This document shows positions 62,078 to 64,000 of a stretch of DNA of 64,000 nucleotides, piece after piece. The notes under the pieces are model-generated. The model did no database searches, had not been told where the DNA came from, and was given only the letters and a program-made list of their open reading frames with translations. Numbering within the stretch: position 1 is the first letter of the stretch; each line of letters begins with the position of its first letter. Origin of the DNA: Nitrospirales bacterium (lineage in GTDB: Bacteria; Nitrospirota; Nitrospiria; Nitrospirales; UBA8639); the NCBI GenBank assembly GCA_963555755.3, contig OY820905.2:2240001-2304000 (forward strand), given 5' to 3'. The position numbers and the translations under genes are program-made.

Positions 62078-62895
62078 CATGGGCCATCCATCTTGAATCC
62101 GATTTCGCTGGTGGTTTCACTTAAACCTAAAAACAGCAGTTGGATCACAAAAGTCCGCGCAAGCTCTTGGCGCACCTCGCAAAAGAGAAAAATGTCTCAT
62201 CACCACAAAGGTGACCACGACTTTTTCTCTTTCACGATGCACAGCAATATCTTACACGTCTTTTTTGCGCCCAACTGCTGTTTCTAGGTTAAACACGGCA
62301 GTTGAAAATCCCTTTTCCTTTCGATTGCCACCGTTCCCACGGCGCTCAGGGGAACGGACCTTCAAACAATGGGTGACGGTCACGCCACTCCGTTCGTGCC
62401 GAGTCCTGAGTTTGTCGAAGGGTCGAAGCATGAACCTGATTGCAAATCTTGGACAGGCTTCTAGGAGGCTGTCCGACATTAGGGATCATCGCGAGATTGC
62501 GCTGGTTTGAGGCAGCTTTTTCGATCGTTTGAGGCGAATAGTGGTGACTATTTAACGAAAACGATCGGAAAAGCTGGCCAAATTCAGCGCAATCGCAGTA
62601 GATCCGCTAATCTTGGACAGGCTTCTAGGTTCGAGGTATGGAAGGTGCCACTTCAATAGGAAAAGGCACTGCACAAAACTACGCAATCGTTTTTCGGCAG
62701 GATTTGCTACCAAGTTCTATTACTGACCCTCATTCAATCCCCGGGGTCTTCTAGCGTCGTGCAGTGAGGGCAATTCCGGAAGCATCGGCAATGCTGTTAC
62801 TCGGCACCAGCCTCGCAGAGATGGTGGTCTGGCGAAGGAAGCAAGAGGCGTAGTCGGAATCGCTTTTCAATACATCTTCCAGTGTAGTGATATCC

Positions 62896-62932
62896 GAGCC
62901 CTACACCATTGGGTGCTGGGCTTATTTTTTTT
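62896..62932 (+). terminator. Putative intrinsic terminator
   Basis: GAGCCC-TA-CACC...GGTG-CT-GGGCTT followed by a T-run. Confidence 0.55.
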
Positions 62933-63386
62933 GAAAGATCCATCGATTGCCCATGTTGTGCGCGGCAAACCACTTGGCCCTTGAGAAAAAACTGTCATTC
63001 CCAACATCAGTTATCGGGAATCTAGGATGTGATTTTCATTTGGTTTGAAGTATTTTCCCTGCCCCCTCTCCAAAAAAAAATCAACGACTGGGGTCCTGCT
63101 TATAACCGCGGGTATACGTTGATGCATCCAAAAGGGAGTGTATTTCTAGCGGTTGAAAGATGAAAGACTCGCATCGTCTGTTGCATTGAGCGCGGTGGAA
63201 GGAATTTCGTTGCGCAGGGGCGAACCCCCGAATAAAACTTTTCTGCTACCGAGGAGCCGCTACTACCTAAAAGAGAGAAAATCTTTCTTCAGTTCCCTCT
63301 CTGCCAGACATCCTTGATTACAGGCCTGTCTGTACAGTAACGTGATCGTTCTTCGTAAGAAAAGCGAGTCACGAAACCTTGTTTTA

Positions 63387-63677
63387 GGAGCCTGTCCCAG
63401 ATTAGACAGATCTACTGCGGATGTGTTGGGTGTGGCCAGATCTTCCGATCCTTTTCGGGAAATGTTGAAAAAGGCCGCCAGCTGCGTTCTCGGGCTTTTG
63501 GCGTGCTCACGTACTCCGTGTACGCTCCGCGCGCCAAAAGCCCTGCGGCCTTGCTGGATGGCATTTTTGAACATTCCCCGTTTTCGTTGAATAGTCCCAC
63601 TATTCGCCTTAAACGATCGAAATATCTGACTCAAACCAACACATCCTCGTGACGATCGCTCATCTCGGACAGGCTCC
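63387..63677. mobile_element. Composite MITE D + C-like insert (63456-63580)
   Basis: Same structure and insertion point as 3867-4157. Confidence 0.85.
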
Positions 63678-63708
63678 GAGACCAATATTTGAAAAGGAGC
63701 ACAGCGGA

Positions 63709-64000
63709 ATGAGTAGTTTTCCCATTACGTACGCCGAACGTATTAAAACCTTACCTCCATATTTGTTTGCGGCCATTGATGAAATGAAACAGCAAGCGGT
63801 GGCTCGTGGTGTGGACATCATTAATTTAGGAATCGGGGATCCTGATCTTCCCACGCCGGATCCGATTATTAAGAGGATGCAAGAGGCCGTGACGAATCCC
63901 CAGCATCATCAATACCCTTCTTCTAGCGGGATGTTGTCGTTTCGCACCGCAGTCGCCGACTGGTACACACGACGATTTAAGGTGACCGCCAACCCCAAAT
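63709..64000 (+). CDS. dapL: LL-diaminopimelate aminotransferase-like protein (partial, runs off the window)
   Basis: Manual translation MSSFPITYAERIKTLPPYLFAAIDEMK...DIINLGIGDPDLPTP...HHQYPSSSG..FRTAVADWY; AAGGAG RBS. Confidence 0.8.
   Translation, partial: MSSFPITYAERIKTLPPYLFAAIDEMKQQAVARGVDIINLGIGDPDLPTPDPIIKRMQEAVTNPQHHQYPSSSGMLSFRTAVADWYTRRFKVTANPK

Noticed and set aside
62630..63260. Lysine or cobalamin riboswitch upstream of dapL
   Set aside because: I could not place the conserved core motifs in the right order; kept only as a weak sRNA candidate.
3001..63677. CRISPR array
   Set aside because: The repeats are dispersed 140-170 bp TIR elements with no regular repeat-spacer period, and no cas genes are present.

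Overview
Bacterial chromosomal window, probably Nitrospirota/Nitrospirales. This is an inference from the small CxRCxG-type zinc-ribbon genes, the many sigma54/two-component modules and the repeat families; it was not checked against a database. Housekeeping anchors are leuS, tRNA-Gln(TTG), apaH and the start of dapL. Between them lie five accessory blocks. (1) A decayed defence-like islet at 6.3-9.7 kb: RHH pair, truncated SAVED-like/HExxH gene, and a SLOG + PRTase pair. (2) A heavy-metal region at 9.9-20.5 kb: TolC-CusB-CusA, a MerR operon with operator, and remnants. (3) An IS1595-bordered, sigma54-headed minus-strand cluster at 24.9-37.7 kb that places a Family 1-like encapsulin shell among isoprenoid genes (IDI, polyprenyl synthase, FAD desaturase-like), DUF3237 and a class III cyclase-ATPase-TPR protein. 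(4) Two-component and heme-c signalling genes at 40-45 kb. (5) A periplasmic binding protein/histidine kinase/TonB receptor module directly followed by a sigma54-driven YcaO RiPP cluster (Cys-rich precursor, ThiF-like partner, YcaO, SagB) at 51-61 kb. Intergenic space is filled with at least five MITE families that nest in each other and often sit on stop codons. The two best candidates for an undescribed system are the encapsulin-isoprenoid cluster and the TonB-linked thiazole RiPP.
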